Below, piece by piece: positions 13,013 to 26,789 of a stretch of 64,000 nt of DNA. The notes beneath the pieces are model-generated. The model worked only from the letters and a program-made list of their open reading frames with translations. It was not told where the DNA came from and ran no database searches. Position 1 is the first letter of the stretch. The number at the start of each line of letters is the position of its first letter. Origin of the DNA: Haliotis rufescens. Lineage: Eukaryota. The stretch is from NCBI RefSeq assembly GCF_023055435.1, contig NW_025964223.1, forward strand, positions 49,042,001-49,106,000, in the 5' to 3' direction. The position numbers and the translations under genes were made by a program.

Positions 13013-13179
13013 AGTATTAGATTGATATAAAGACAGGTGACATCGAACAAGTTTCTTTGTATAGCTGCAGATATATGGGGTTTTGTTACTTTAAGTGGAT
13101 ATTCAGGGAAACATTCCTCGAACAAGGAAATTTCCTGATATTATATAGATAACGTTGGTCGGTTGCAATTACGACATTT

Positions 13180-13350
13180 GGGGCGGTTGGGTAGTCTAGT
13201 GGTTAAGCGTTCGCTCGTCACGCTGAAGACCCGGGTTCGATTCCCGACATGGGTACAATGTGTGAAGCCCATTTCTGGTGTCCCCCGCCGTGATATTGCT
13301 GGAATATTGCTAAAAGCGGCGTAAAACCATACTCACTCACTCACTCACTC
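13180..13350 (+). mobile_element. SINE family A, full length (tRNA-derived)
   Basis: A-box tagtctagtgg, B-box ggttcgattcc, tail gctggaatattgctaaaagcggcgtaaaac and (actc)n. Other copies: 9387-9466, 36322-36464, 51360-51503, 52546-52655, 56944-57012. Confidence 0.9.
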
Positions 13351-13664
13351 AATTACGACATTTACATTTTGTTTTCATTAATTTGCTGTCACATTGAACA
13401 GAATCATTCTTTTCGTTGGGAACTTCTTTGATGGAGACAGATAAGAGTAAGTCGCTGTTTTGACAAACCTTTTCATCACTGGGTGATGAAATTAAACATA
13501 AAATTGTTTTGAATTTGTTTTGTTTTCTGTCAATTTGTCAAATAACTAAATATTTAGGTGTTTGATAAAATGGCTAAGTGAAAATGTTTGTCATTTTACA
13601 CATTAACTATAACAATTTACATACACACAAAAATAGCAATGCTCAGATAAAATATTTGGTTTGT

Positions 13665-14748
13665 GTGAGAACGTGCTGTCTCACGGTAATGTTTCCTTAA
13701 AATAGAATAGAAGAATTGAGAATAAATGATGACATCAGAGTTGCTAGCGTTCCAAGATTTATTCAGGTGCAGTGTGTTTAATAAACATTTCAATTCAATT
13801 AATCACATAATCATAAATTATATCATTACAAATACTTGTCATAACGTCGTGGTTTCTTATGACATAACTACTCAGGATATAAATCAATAAGCATTTGGCT
13901 TCAATAATCAAATAATCACCATTACATTATACACAAATAGATCAGGATGGAACTTTAAATAACGGCACAATAACAAAGACAACACATATGATTCACAATG
14001 CCAATGTCAGCTGAAATAATGCAACATTAATGGTAGACATATTTGTACATGTATTACGGTAATGCAGTTTCGCGCATTACCGTAGTTCTTCTAATACAAG
14101 TTTATCAAGAACAAAGCTGTCTGACTATTAACTAAGTCCAGCATTACTGCTAGCAATGAATCTACACATTTTGACGACATGACATATTTTACTTTACGAT
14201 GTTGTTGATACTTGTACTAGATTTCTTATTTATCAAACGGTTATCAAGATGTTGATCAGGAATAATTAATTTCATATTTTGGTGATCGAAATTACTACAG
14301 CCTACATAAGTGATTACAACCTACATAAGTGATACCTATAGTGGCATAGTGCGCATTTAAAACATTCCTAATCGTTATCGAAGATTCAAAATACATTAAA
14401 CAATAACTTAACAATGAACCAACGCATGTGGTTGAAAATATACAATGTTCAAGAAATCTAAGACAATAATCATGAAATACATTCAACATATTTGAAAACA
14501 ACAATTAAAACAATCTGAGACAATAATCATAATACACATTCAACATGAATGAAAACAACCATTGAAACAACGCATGAAAATGTCTTACCTTAAAATAGAA
14601 TAGAAGAATTGGGAATAAATGATGACATCAGAGTTGCTAGCGTTCCAAGATTTATTCAGGTGCAGTGTACTTGGTAGTCAAACTGCACCTACTTATATAG
14701 TGGAGGGACGCATCGCAAACTCTGATTGGTTTAGTTTTGAAAACATTA
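13665..14748 (-). mobile_element. ~1.1-kb ORF-less element with near-terminal direct repeats (copy 2)
   Basis: Inverted homolog of 6285-7416. Direct repeats at about 14586-14668 and 13695-13775. Confidence 0.75.
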
Positions 14749-15128
14749 TTTTAATTTATTGTCACCATTACTTCCTTTGTTATTTCATGTGTTGTTCCGG
14801 GTTGATACAATATTCTCATAGATTACCTAACTAATGTCTACCTATAGACCAAATAGCAAACTAATTACTATTTCCATATATCCACATGAATAAGGTAGCG
14901 ACCATATATGAGATAACATTCATCAAGTCTGATGGTTTGACAGTGCCATTAGACCACAAGAGAATGTTATAGTTAACACAGAATGTTCTCTCACTGTAAA
15001 ATGAAAACCGCCGGTCTTTGCCGAGCAGTGCCGGAAATATAGCCATAACAAGGTAAATTATGGCGACGGTGACACCGTGCTTCATAGTAAGTGGTATAAA
15101 TGATAATTTATTGAAAATATCCCCATAA

Positions 15129-15960
15129 TATACTCTCCTAAAAAGAAACGCACATGTGATTTTCTTTATACAAATTATGCATATTTCGCCTGAAATGCTT
15201 GATAAAGTTACTTATTTCACAAATGTTACCTTACAGTGTTTTCTGAATTTCACTTCTTTGGGACAGATACCAAAAGTATGGGTCTATAAGAGATCGCCAA
15301 AGATCTGGCAGACCAAGGATCACAGCTGCAGCTCAGGACAGGTTCATCCGGGTCTTCCATGTACGTCATCGGACCGTTACACCGCCTTCAGTCTACCTGG
15401 TCTGAACAGGGTGTCGACGCAAACAGTGCGTAATCGTCTTCGTGAGGTTCGACTTCGATCCCGAAGGTCGTATTGCGCTGTATACTTCGACGTCAGCACC
15501 GATGTGTACGTGTTCGATGGTGTGTGAACGCCCAGGCCTGCAATCTAAGACACTGATGTAGAGTTTGGTCCAGTGATAAATCTCGTTTTCTGATGCAGCG
15601 TCGAGAAAGGCGAACCAGTGTCTACAGAGTCTGACGTGGAAATGAACGTTTTGCTCAAAGGTGTGTTGTCGGAGTGGAAGATTATGAGGTGGCAGTGTCA
15701 TGATGTTTGTACACCCGTAGAACCAACCTGGTGTACGTACAAGGCGATTTGACAGCATTACATTACCGAGATGCAATTCTCCAACGTCACCTGCTTCCCG
15801 TCAACGACCCTCAACGAGAGATTTTTTCATCAGGACAACGCCAGACCACATGTTGGACGTTTTACTAGTATGGAGTTCCATGGAGAACATTACTGTGCTT
15901 CCATGGCCATCAATATCGCCCGATTTAAACCCAATTGAATATCTGTCGATGTATCGACAG
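15129..15960 (+). mobile_element. Tc1/mariner remnant
   Basis: TIR-like start tatactctcctaaaaagaaacgca, then VSTQTVRNRLREVRLRSRR, FHQDNARPH and LPWPSISPDLNPIE. Confidence 0.85.
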
Positions 15961-16129
15961 CGTTAACCGCTCATTCATTTATCTGAACAATGTTTTATTC
16001 TTAAAACATCATCGATACAACCCATACCTAGTACATGTAAGGGCAGACAGAGAGACACGCCATAAAAGAGGGGTGGTGTAACAACTCAATTAAAAATGTC
16101 AATATTGGGTGTGAACACCATTTGTGTAA

Positions 16130-16450
16130 CAGGCGAGGCAGCAGCGGAGCATTGGAGACACAAGATGATTGAAAACAGCCAGGAGGATGTTGTTCCAAAT
16201 GTCAACCAATGATTGGCCCAACTGAGCTTGCGTTACAAGTCCTGTCGGGGTCGTCTTTCCATCTCATCCCAGACATGTTCTATGGGGAAAAGGCCCTGAG
16301 AAACAGCCGGCCATGGTGGTACAGCAATGCTATGCTGTCTGAACAAGTCAGTTACAACACGTGCAACATGTAGGTGGGCATTATCCTGCTGCAACGTGAC
16401 GTCGTGACCCTGAATTTGCACAAAGGGTACAACATTTATGAACAACGTTG
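16130..16450 (-). mobile_element. Tc1/mariner transposase C-terminal fragment
   Basis: LQQDNAHLHVARVV...PWPAVSQGLFPIEHVWDEMERR. Confidence 0.85.
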
Positions 16451-16714
16451 TGACCTTCGATTGACTAGTTTTGGGCAACGACAAATATTTAAGTACAATT
16501 GTTCCGAAATTAGTATTAAAAGTCTCGTATTGTTGAAACTAAACTGCATCGCTTTTAACTCTCAAATGTTTGTCTCGTGTAATTAAGATATACTGGTTGT
16601 TTCCGGGTTACTGCTACGATGGGAAGTCAAAGACGTGATGTTTACATCTGTTGTGAACGGGTGGTGTCTTCGCTCTGACCAACGTGAGAACACCAAAATC
16701 TCAAGGCTGTGACC

Positions 16715-16997
16715 GACTCCGTGTTCCGGTGGATAACGCACCTACCAGAACAGCGGTAGGTCTGTGGTTCGCTCCCCTTCCGCGTCATATCAAGAACGTT
16801 AAAATATGGCACATGCTGTTTCCTTGCCTGAAAGCTCTCGGCATTAAGGCGATAAAACAAGGACAGGACGGCTGGGACCCAGCGTATTACATCTGAGTGG
16901 GGTATCCATTTTAATCTGCTACATGGTATCTCAGTGGGCTAGCACTATAAAACCGGGATTAGTCCGCACAAGTACAAGACTAGAACAATCAGACACA

Positions 16998-17037
<40 letters not shown>
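16715..17037 (+). mobile_element. tRNA-head SINE (fourth family) with (GCAC)n tail
   Basis: tRNA-like head (cggtggataacgc...gtggttcgctccc), body containing cagtgggctagcactataaaa, and a (gcac)n run at ~16996-17037. Confidence 0.6.
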
Positions 17038-19014
17038 CCATAAGTGCAATTATCTTGAACGCAACATTTAAACCTCATTTCACCTCACCTCACCTTAAAG
17101 ACATCCAGTCATCGGGCACAGAGGCTTTAACTTGTAATACGCCAGTGTTCGTAGTTTCTGGTGAATGTCCAAATATTACAGAGTCGGTGCGAATGCATGA
17201 TCCTTTAAAATATTCTTCATAGAAGTACATGATCAAAGTCGAATAATAGTAGTATACTAAAACACTATTACTTCAACTATTTAATTGCCTATTGAAAACC
17301 GAGCACACCGATGTAGTTGTCTGTTGTATAAATGTTCATATTTGCAACTCTGACATTTTTAAACAGCAGGTATTGTTGTAAACCCTGATCAAACACCTTT
17401 GGAGCAAGAGTAATTTCCAAACAAAATCCACTTGAATTGAGCCATTTTAATGATTATGCCTCGTTAATATTGTATGTGGGTACATGTCGTTGTCCAAAAC
17501 TAATCGAGGTTATTGTCACGCGTTTCATGATTGTAACGAACATCAGTATAAATTCATGACAACATACATTTAAAATGTCTATGTTACCTACATATATTCT
17601 ACAAACCAAATATGTGCTGACCAGGGACTTACCTACTGTGGCCGTTCCTGTCAATTATACACGATAAGCAGTGCAGGCATTGAACATATCCGACTAAATT
17701 TTCAATTGTGTTTGCTCCCTAATATCTAGTCCTGTGAAGCTTATCTCCTCGACAGGTACTGGGGCTACACATTGCTGGGTCAATGTGACCTGCTATTTCT
17801 AAGAAAGCCCTTGATTTCCTGGAATTGTCAGTGACTGACTCGCTGTGTATTTAGGTCAGCTCTACTACGTATAGCGCTATGTAAACACACCTTGTTATTC
17901 CCCGTTATTCCGCAACTATACAAAGGTCATATCCTTCCAAGCAACAGTGTAAATAATGCCCGCCGCAATGTCATGAACGTGATCTGCAATCGATATTTCA
18001 GCATTGTTGCACGCGATCTGCAATTGATACTTCAGAATTATAACGTCAGAAAGCGTCCTGGAACGGAGGTAGAAAGTCGCTGTCAAGAAGTATATGTGTA
18101 AACATATGTTAACAGAGTTAAGAGTTACATATGTAGACATTTGCATTTAAATAGTCTGAATTTGTATAACTTAATAACAAATGAATAAAGTGAACTCAAT
18201 GCAATTGTTTTCCTAAACTCCTGGCATCATCACTCTTTGATAGTGATTCATAAACACACGCTTATGTTATGATCGGAATCATGCAATGGTCTCTGCTAAC
18301 AGCAGAGATTGCGTCAGATTATGGAAAGAGTTTTGTCGCTTTGTTATGTCGATTTGAACTGTAGTTCAGGTATGTACTGGCGAGGAAATGTTGGAGGAGA
18401 GCTCAAAGAGACGCGGGTCGTTGATATTTTTGCGGCCCGACCAAGGGTTATAATAGGATGAGTACGAATCTGTCAGTCGCACCACAACCATGGAATTCTG
18501 GAACGGCTCTGCACAGCTACATATAAAGGCGCTGCCTTTAACCCCCAAGTCTACCATGCAACTTGACAACGCTGAAACTAAACAACATTTCTCCGTCAAA
18601 CACAATTACTGTCGATCAGGCCCAGGGAGATTCGGCTGGGAGGATAGCAAAATAAACATACATAATTATTTGGGAGAGTTACAATGTTAGTCCATATGGA
18701 TGAATAATCATTAGATTTTTATGTGTAAACTTAAGAACTAGAGATGACCCAATTTTATCAGTTTTGCAACTGACGGCATCATAAAGTAGTAAAAAAACCT
18801 GTCTATTTGAGATACACGTCTGTCTTTGTGCTCTTTAGCCTTTTGTAAACTGGACAGTAGTCTAACGTTCAGTCAGTTCAGCTCTTGTTAAAGTGGCGAA
18901 TCTAATCAGAAACAATGTAACACAGTTACAATTATTGTTAAACAATTAATACACTGTCATATAACATTATACAGTCCAGAATTTTCTTTTGTTCAGTTTT
19001 CATGTTTTGAGTGA

Positions 19015-19237
19015 TTGAGTGAGTTGGGTTTAACGCCGTTTTTAACAGTATTCCAGTTATATCACTTCGCATCAGCTTAAGGTGGGAGGAAAGACCGAAG
19101 TGATGCAGGTCCCAGATGTTTACCACTTCGGTGAAACCCATGAGCACGGCTATGGTGCTGACAAACCTAGAAACATAATCGCCCAAGGGACGCAACTCTG
19201 CACAGCGAATCGCGGCGCTTTAGACGAGTCGGCCACA
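19015..19237 (-). mobile_element. SINE family C copy
   Basis: Homologous to 4275-4530 and 20425-20675. Confidence 0.8.
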
Positions 19238-20424
19238 CGTGCCCCCTCACGTTTTGAATCGAGAACGTTTTCAAAATATTTTTAAAAAAGTAGTACCGGG
19301 AAGCTCGAGACAGTCGCTTAGTTATTGGCTAATGTCGACTTCCTGTTTGTCATTCCATTCAAAATACGCGAAACCTTGTTCTGACAAGACATGCAATGGG
19401 GGTGTTCTCAGATCTTTGTGTGTCGGTAGCGAGCGCCTAGGTCTGATTTTAATGAGATTGGGACTTGACCAGTTATGCGTTCATATGGTCATTAGTTTGT
19501 TCACACAACAATTTCAGACGTATTTCACGTATTCATGTATTCACGTATTCAATTGTAAAGCCATATGGGAAGGTTATAGCGTGCAGTTTTATTCGGAGTG
19601 GGGCGTCTTTAATAAGGACAAGCAGCAAAAAGCGTTTTGTGTAGTGATCTGTTACTTTTATTCGCATGTATACGCAGGTTTCATATAGTGACCGTTCTTG
19701 TAGCCGACTCCAAAAAGTCCTAGGGACTGACCAAACTATCCGTTAGTTTAACCTCGGCTGGCATGGTATGCTTAACAGGACATATACCATTCTGCCCAAG
19801 TTTCTCTGTTCCAGTTCAACTTAACAGTTCTGTCTCATTCACCATTCAAGTTCTAGGTGCCAAAGCTGCAAATTTTCCGTTCATTAAAAACAACTACGTA
19901 CGACAGTACGGCTGCCTGTCTTTAACCCACTGTCCCACTGTAAAGCAATAGCATGTCCCCGTGAGGTCAGATGTGGCTTGTCATACAAGACCTGCATAAA
20001 TGTTGAGAACAAACCGCTTCAAAGAGTCTAAGTATCAATGGATCTCAACGGTTTTCTTATCCCAAGATGCTTGATGATATAATGTGATCGTCTTTTAACG
20101 CTGATAACAGAAACAAATAATCCCAAACATAAGTTGAACTTTACATCTTCAAAATGTGTTCATGTGCTGTTCTTGTTATGAAATAATGGGTTTAAATACT
20201 TTGTGGTTTTCGCCCAGAATCAGTGACTGAGGAGGGAATCGGATCCCTTCTTATTTTATCTAAAAATGTTCAGATTCCCCAACTGTTTAGCCGGCGAACT
20301 GTCTCAGGTCTTCCAGCTGAGTGAGGTTGGCGAGGCGACTCAGAACATTACTTCAGCGGGTTCTCAAGGCTTTATCATATAAATAATTACAAATATCTAA
20401 ATAACATTTTCCTCATAATAAAAT

Positions 20425-20675
20425 AGTGAGTGAGTTGGGTTTAACGCCGCTTCTAACAGTATTCCAGTTATATCACGGCGTGTCAGCTTAATGTGGAGGA
20501 AAGCCCGAAGTGATGCAGGTCTCAGACGTTTACCACTTCGGTGAAACCCACGAGCACGGGCATGGCGCTGACAAACCTAGAAACATATGGATTCGAAACC
20601 ACAATCATAAGTTCCTGGCGTGCCAAAGGGAAGCAACTCTGCAAAGCGAATCACGGCGTCTAAGACGACTTGGCA
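20425..20675 (-). mobile_element. SINE family C copy
   Basis: Homologous to 4275-4530. B-box ggtttcgaatcc on the minus strand. Confidence 0.8.
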
Positions 20676-21202
20676 TAATAAAATAATCATAAGGCATTAC
20701 ACAGTTCATACTGTGTGATAAAATGCCAAAACTACATCCAAACACTCACATACTTTGTATTTTACAGAAGTGAATAAACTGCTTCCAAGCTCAAGTCTAT
20801 TTGTATATATAGCCATCAGCAACCAGGACCATCATATTGAATAAAATTAGAAAAATGATTATTGAAGAAATGGATTTCAGTGTAAAGTTATTTTTTAAAT
20901 ATATTGTTTGAGGTCAGTATTATGTAAAAATCTATTTATTCACTTTTGTTTCCACGTCTATGAACAGTTCTCATGGCAGAGACCATATGCTTGCATATGG
21001 TTACTGCTCATCAACCGACACATAAAAGTGCACATTGTATTAGTATAATCACTCGTTATAATAAGCAAGGCAGAATGTTTACATACATAAAATGAATGTA
21101 AAAAATATTTATTAACATACAGTGTATTGTCATTAACTGAACAGAATTTCACTTAATAGATACCTGTAGGGGTTAAAAACAGCCTCCATTCAATAATATT
21201 TG

Positions 21203-21445
21203 TTTGTTTAGTTTGTTGTTTAGCGCCGCACTCAGCACTATTTCAGCTATATGACGGCGGTCTGTACAGTATCATTATCCAGTGACTGACATCATGAACA
21301 AGCAATTGAAATACGATGACATGCATTAACTAAGTCAGCGACCCCGACACCCGATCCTGTTACGCGCCTCTTACGACAAGCACTGTCGCCTGTTACGGCA
21401 AGCATGGGTTGATGAAGACCTATTCTACCATGGATCTTCACGGGT
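21203..21445 (-). mobile_element. SINE family B copy
   Basis: Head cccgtgaagatcc on the minus strand and the shared tail. Confidence 0.8.
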
Positions 21446-22184
21446 TGCACCTATCTACATCACAATCATAACTACAATTCTATCAAAATGGACAGTTGAA
21501 GTCAGATTGTGAGATTTAAGAATTTAATATATTTACAAAATATAAATTACTTTTAATGCACGTAAATTATGAACTCTGAACAGATGGAAAAGAAACACAC
21601 CACTGCATAACTGGATAAGAAAAGATAAGATAATTATTTCTTGATGTTCTATGAAGAGCAGTAAGTGAGAGAGAAAATAAAGTTTTACGCCGCTTTTAGC
21701 AATTGTTCAGCAATATCATGGCGATTCCATGAATATACAGAGGCAATATTCTTCAAATCACAAAATATATGCATAGTTAATACAAAACACACATATATTA
21801 CAGATACAAAGGTGGTAAATTCTAACAGTGTCATTTTAGAACAAATGTAATATAATGATATCGAAACAATTGAGCAAAATGTGGTACTGTTGTACATATG
21901 GGAACTTATTTTAAAATGTATATGATAATAGATTTTGGAAATTGTTTTTAGATAACTGATAAATCAAAGACCTCGATGCTTTTACTGTGCTTACCAAGGA
22001 TAACTTCATTGAATTTATTATGGTTGATATGTAGATTATTAATAGCGCAATATTGTGATAAATAGTTTACCGGTAAATCATTTATAGTTTATTGGTTGAA
22101 TCTGATAACAAGAGACCATCAGTAAGTAATAAATAGCAAATTTTAATGTTGTCTTGTTTAAGTTCCATTACTTTTGACTTCAAA

Positions 22185-22259
22185 TGTATGTATGTATGTA
22201 TGTATGTATGTATGTATGTATGTATGTATGTATGTATGTATGTATGTATGTATGTATGT
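22185..22259. repeat. (TATG)n microsatellite
   Basis: About 18 perfect units. Confidence 0.95.
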
Positions 22260-22930
22260 CTCAATCGCTATCTGAATCAGCAAATGCATTTATTACGAAA
22301 TGGTATAACATAATATATATACAAAAACAGTATTTCTCTTGCTGAAATGTTGAGACATTTCTTTGTTTCCTCAGCAAATTTCGATGCTGTTCACATGATC
22401 CCATTATTGAAACTGGACCACAACATAGATATATAAGAGAAGAACTCATTTGTCAATTGCTCACTTTTACAAAATTTGTATATGTAAATTTATCACGCAA
22501 TGAAATACAGGAAAAGTAACATGTAAGTTATGGACTCCTCTACTCTGAATGTACTGATTATAAGTGTACTATAGGCCTGTGGCCTACTCAGAACAGAAAT
22601 GAAAAAATGTGACATAATGACAACACTACAATTAATGGATAGGGCTGCTATGAACTTCAATGTCTACAATGTCAGATAAGGGTCAATACATTTTCAACTG
22701 ATCCTTTCGGAAACTTAATTTATTTGGTGACCCAAACATGGTTTAATCTAAAACTTACAGCCCGTATCTGACGATGTCAGTTGTTTCTCTATTGGTCCTT
22801 TCAGTGACATGGTCTGTTTATGTCTGGCAATTAAAGCCAACCAAATATAAATCCATAGACACTATGAAAAAGGAAACTTGTTGACATCGTACTATTGCCT
22901 GAAGACGAACAGTTTGCTAAAGTTGGTTGC

Positions 22931-25900
22931 TCAGCATGTGGGTTGTAACATTTCCAGTATGCTTTGATTGCCATTACTTTGCGCATACTCAATAGGTGAT
23001 TGTCCGTGGCTATTCTGAGCATGAGCATCAAATCCACGACTAAGGAGTTCACCTACAATTTTGAGATTGTCATCTTTTGATATACATGCAAAGTGGAGAC
23101 ATGTTGACATGTCCCCACTTCTCAAATTTAGATCTGCTCCTTTGCTCAACATCCAATCAAACAGTGCTTTATGACCATTCTTGCAAGCTATCATGACTGG
23201 AGTCTGGCCAAGATCATCTCTCAGATTGATGTCGACTCCTGACTGGAGTAGAAATCCTGCCATGGAACAATGTCCTCCTAATTGTGCAACAACATGTAAA
23301 CAAGAACTTCCATCTGCTGTTTTCTCATTCACATCAGCACCTCGCTCCGTCAAGAGATTGACAATGTGCGTTAGATATTTGTGATTGCTGGCAGCTACCA
23401 TAAGGGGTGTTTTTCCTAGTTTGTCCTTACTGTCTGGGGATAGACCAAGGTCCAGTAGCATTGATGCAGCATGTATGTTGCCGCTCAATGCAGCATCGTG
23501 AAGACACGACGAGCCTGTATTATCTAGGGCGTTGATATCAGCCCCATATGAAACAAGAAGATAAATCACTTTAGGAGAATCAGCTTGAGTAGCATAAAAG
23601 AGAGGTGTTCTTCCACTATCATCTTCATCATTTACTCCAAAGCACGCCAGGGCCAGAAGTCTTTCGACAACATTCTCGTTGCCGCCTTTACAGGCAATAT
23701 GCAGGTATGTTTGATTCAAGTCATTTCTATCATAAGTATCAACATCCAGTTTTAAAAGATACTCAACAATGTGGAGGTGTCCTTTGAGACAAGCATTTCT
23801 TAGAGGTGTTGCGCCATTTGTTGCTTTTCTATTAATATCCAGATCTGTGCTGTGTTGGAGTAAGTATTCCAATATGTCCAGATGTCCAGATAGGCAGGAC
23901 GCATGGATACACGTGCGGCCCATATTGTCACTGCAATTTATGTTTGCCCCCTTCTCAAAAAGAAACTTGACAGTTTCCACGTTTCGTTTACATGCTGCAA
24001 TCAAAGGAGTCCATTTATTTCTGGTCAAACAGTTTATATCCTGTCCAGTCGCCAAGCATTTCTCAATCAGGGGAATGTTGCCTGCACTCGCAGCAAAATA
24101 AATGCACGTAGAATCACCTTTGTCCTTCAGTGATATCTTTGCTCCATGATTTAGTAAGACATCTGCTGTGTCTCTAAAGCCATTGATCAAAGCTAACATT
24201 AGGGGTGTTCTATCATAATCAGACAATGGGTCAACCTCCAACCCCATACTTAACAACCATTCGACAACACGAGTGTGTCCCTGCATAGCTGCTACATGGA
24301 GACAAGTTAGCTTATTATCATCTGCAACGTCTCGTTTAGCTCCTTGACTGACAAGCTCCATTGCAGATTCAAGACTTCCATTTCTACAGGCAAAGATGAT
24401 TGCAGTTCTTCCTCGTCCACCTCCTGCCTCAATGTTCATTCTCCCGTTTTTCAACAAAATCTTTACAATATCTATCTCGTTCTTAACACATGCCAAATGT
24501 AAACTGTTGTCCTTGTTTGCAAATGTTGACAGATCTGGTTCTGGTGTAGCTCCGCTCTCTAGCAGGAAAGTAACAGCATCGGCTTGTCCATAGTAGGATG
24601 CATACATTAAAGGTGTTCTTTCATGTTCACCATGACTGTTCAAGTCCATCTTTAGTGAACAGAATATTTCAATGGTATCCTTGAACCCTCCTCTTGCTGC
24701 TAGATGGAGGCAATTGTCCCCTTCTTGGTCTTGCAATGATGGATCAGCTCCCTTTTCAAGCAGCACTTGAACCAGCTTTATATGACCCCTGTAAGTTGCA
24801 TACATAAGTGCAGTCATAGAGTTTCCCCCACGTATGTCAACCTCTGTTCCAAGCTTTATCAGTTCCATCACGATCTCAGTATGACCATTTGCTGCAGCAA
24901 TATGGATACATTTATCTCGGCTATTGCCATGCATGCGGGGTGTTTCTTTCTCATGTGTTTTTTTAAGTTCTAATTGACTAAACGTATTTGAGAGACTCCA
25001 GTCATATTGCTTTCTTTCTGCCTGATAGTCAGCAATATCTCCAACACAAATTCCTTTTATTTCGTCAAGACATGGGTCAGGATACTGCATCAAAAATTTG
25101 AATGAATCTATTGTTCCACTCATGCAACATCCAACATATCCCTCCAGTAGTTCTTGAGTGCTGAATTTTGTAGATTTGAGGGCTCGTTTACAAACAGAAT
25201 TAACACCTGAGAATGTTGTCCAAAAAAGAAATCCTAAGCCATGATCAGTATCTTTGCCATGTAGGACATCTTCTAGATCTTTGTCAAGTTGTTGAAACAG
25301 TTGATTAGCAATGTTTTCCAAGAGGAGTGATGGATGTGAGAGTGGCGGTGCAAGGTTAACAGAAACCAGTTCATGTACAAGGCGCGCAATAAGTACACGC
25401 ATGCCAGACACGTCAAGGTAAATATTGAAGTCATAGTTGGTGCCACCACTAGGCTTAGAACTGGATCCATGCATGTCAACTTTCACCCTTTCCAATATGA
25501 ACTGAATGCTACAATGTCTCACCACAAACACAGGGTTGTGATATCCCACCACATAGGCAACTGCATCGTTAATAGTCGGATGATCGAACTTGGTGATGTC
25601 CCCACCAGAAAGAAGCATTCCAATTTGACTTCGGGCAGCAATGTTCACTTTCACCGGCAGAGAATCTGAATAGGTAAGATGAGGAAGAGTTGTGCAAACC
25701 TTTTTCAGCATTTCCTGAAGTATGGCATGTCCACTTGCTTGGCTGTCCACAAGATCAATAAGGTTCAGACTTCCATCATTCAGCATCATGAGAAGGAACA
25801 CAGCTGTTGTGCTGGTTTCTTCACAAATCTCTGTAAGCACCTGGACAAGATATGCCAATGGTTGCTGAAAAAACTGTATTGCTGATATTTTGGTCCAACG

Positions 25901-26586
25901 ATTTTTCCCGTAGAGCTCACAAATATGTGGAAAACCTAAGAGGTTGTATTCTAAATTTGAGATTGCTCTGATGTCTTCATCTTTAAGAAATAGACTGGAC
26001 AGTTCTAAATGTTTTCTCAGTATCCTTTCTTTCTCTTCTGCGTCAAGTTTGGTAAGAGACATTAACCTAGCTACTGTACTTGGCCTGAACAATGAGCTTT
26101 GATATTTCCTGATTTTTGGTTCAACTTCATTAAAGATGTTAGTTCTACTATTGAAAACAATTTTCAAAAGCCTTTCGTGCTGTTTGTTCTCTAAATGTTC
26201 GTCTTTTCCCGCCCTTTTAGGGGAGTTTTCTCTGTTTCTCTGATATTTAAAATGAGATTCAAGATCATTAAAGAGCTTTCTACAAAGGACAAACTCAGCT
26301 GTTGTTGGAGAGAAATGGCCAAAAAGATCATCAAATATCAGCAAGGTATGCCTTTTCAGACTTATGTCTTTAAAATCAAAATCTGAAAGACTTTCAATAA
26401 ATCTGATATCATACTCTTTCAATCTGTACTTCTCCATCAACATGAGTGACATCACTGTCTTTCCTGATCCCGGAGACCCACAGATGGTCACAACACCCTC
26501 AGAAGACAATGTCGAAGAAACATAGTTGTAACCTTTCGTCTGCACAAAAGTCTGCTTGGCATTTGCCATTTTCTCTCTGACAATTT
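22931..26586 (-). CDS. NLR-like STAND NTPase (nSTAND3-like) + ~20 ankyrin repeats, copy A, main terminal exon
   Basis: Uninterrupted ORF with Walker A GSPGSGKT, Walker B LLIFDDLFG, sensor-like NSR, GFP motif and serial TPL/LHxA ankyrin repeats. Acceptor tattacag| in phase 1. The spliced model with the three exons below gives 1413 aa. Confidence 0.93.
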
Positions 26587-26789
26587 CTGTAATACAAAAA
26601 AACACTGATACAGTCTAGCCATATATTGTTTGTAATTGTAATATAAAGTGGGCGGCAAAAGAAAGTATAGGTCGAGTTCCATGATCGATAAAAAATAACA
26701 AGAAGAGGTTTTGTTGTGAATGTTCCCTGCTGTTGGTTTTGTAAGAATGGAAGCACAACTGGCTGCAACACTTGGTCTCTGTACTACAC

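Noticed and set aside
13180-13255. tRNA gene
   Set aside because: The A/B boxes continue into a SINE body and tail present in many diverged copies.
18370-18690. Kringle-like exon (YWRGNV...HNYCR)
   Set aside because: Lacks the other kringle cysteines and the NPD/PWC motifs, and has an in-frame interruption.
26587-26605. ORF-track starts for the STAND genes (MFFCIT..., MYLSLF... at 63214, MRKNRY... at 62613)
   Set aside because: They run into intron polypyrimidine tracts or an off-frame region. The true entry is the phase-1 splice acceptor.
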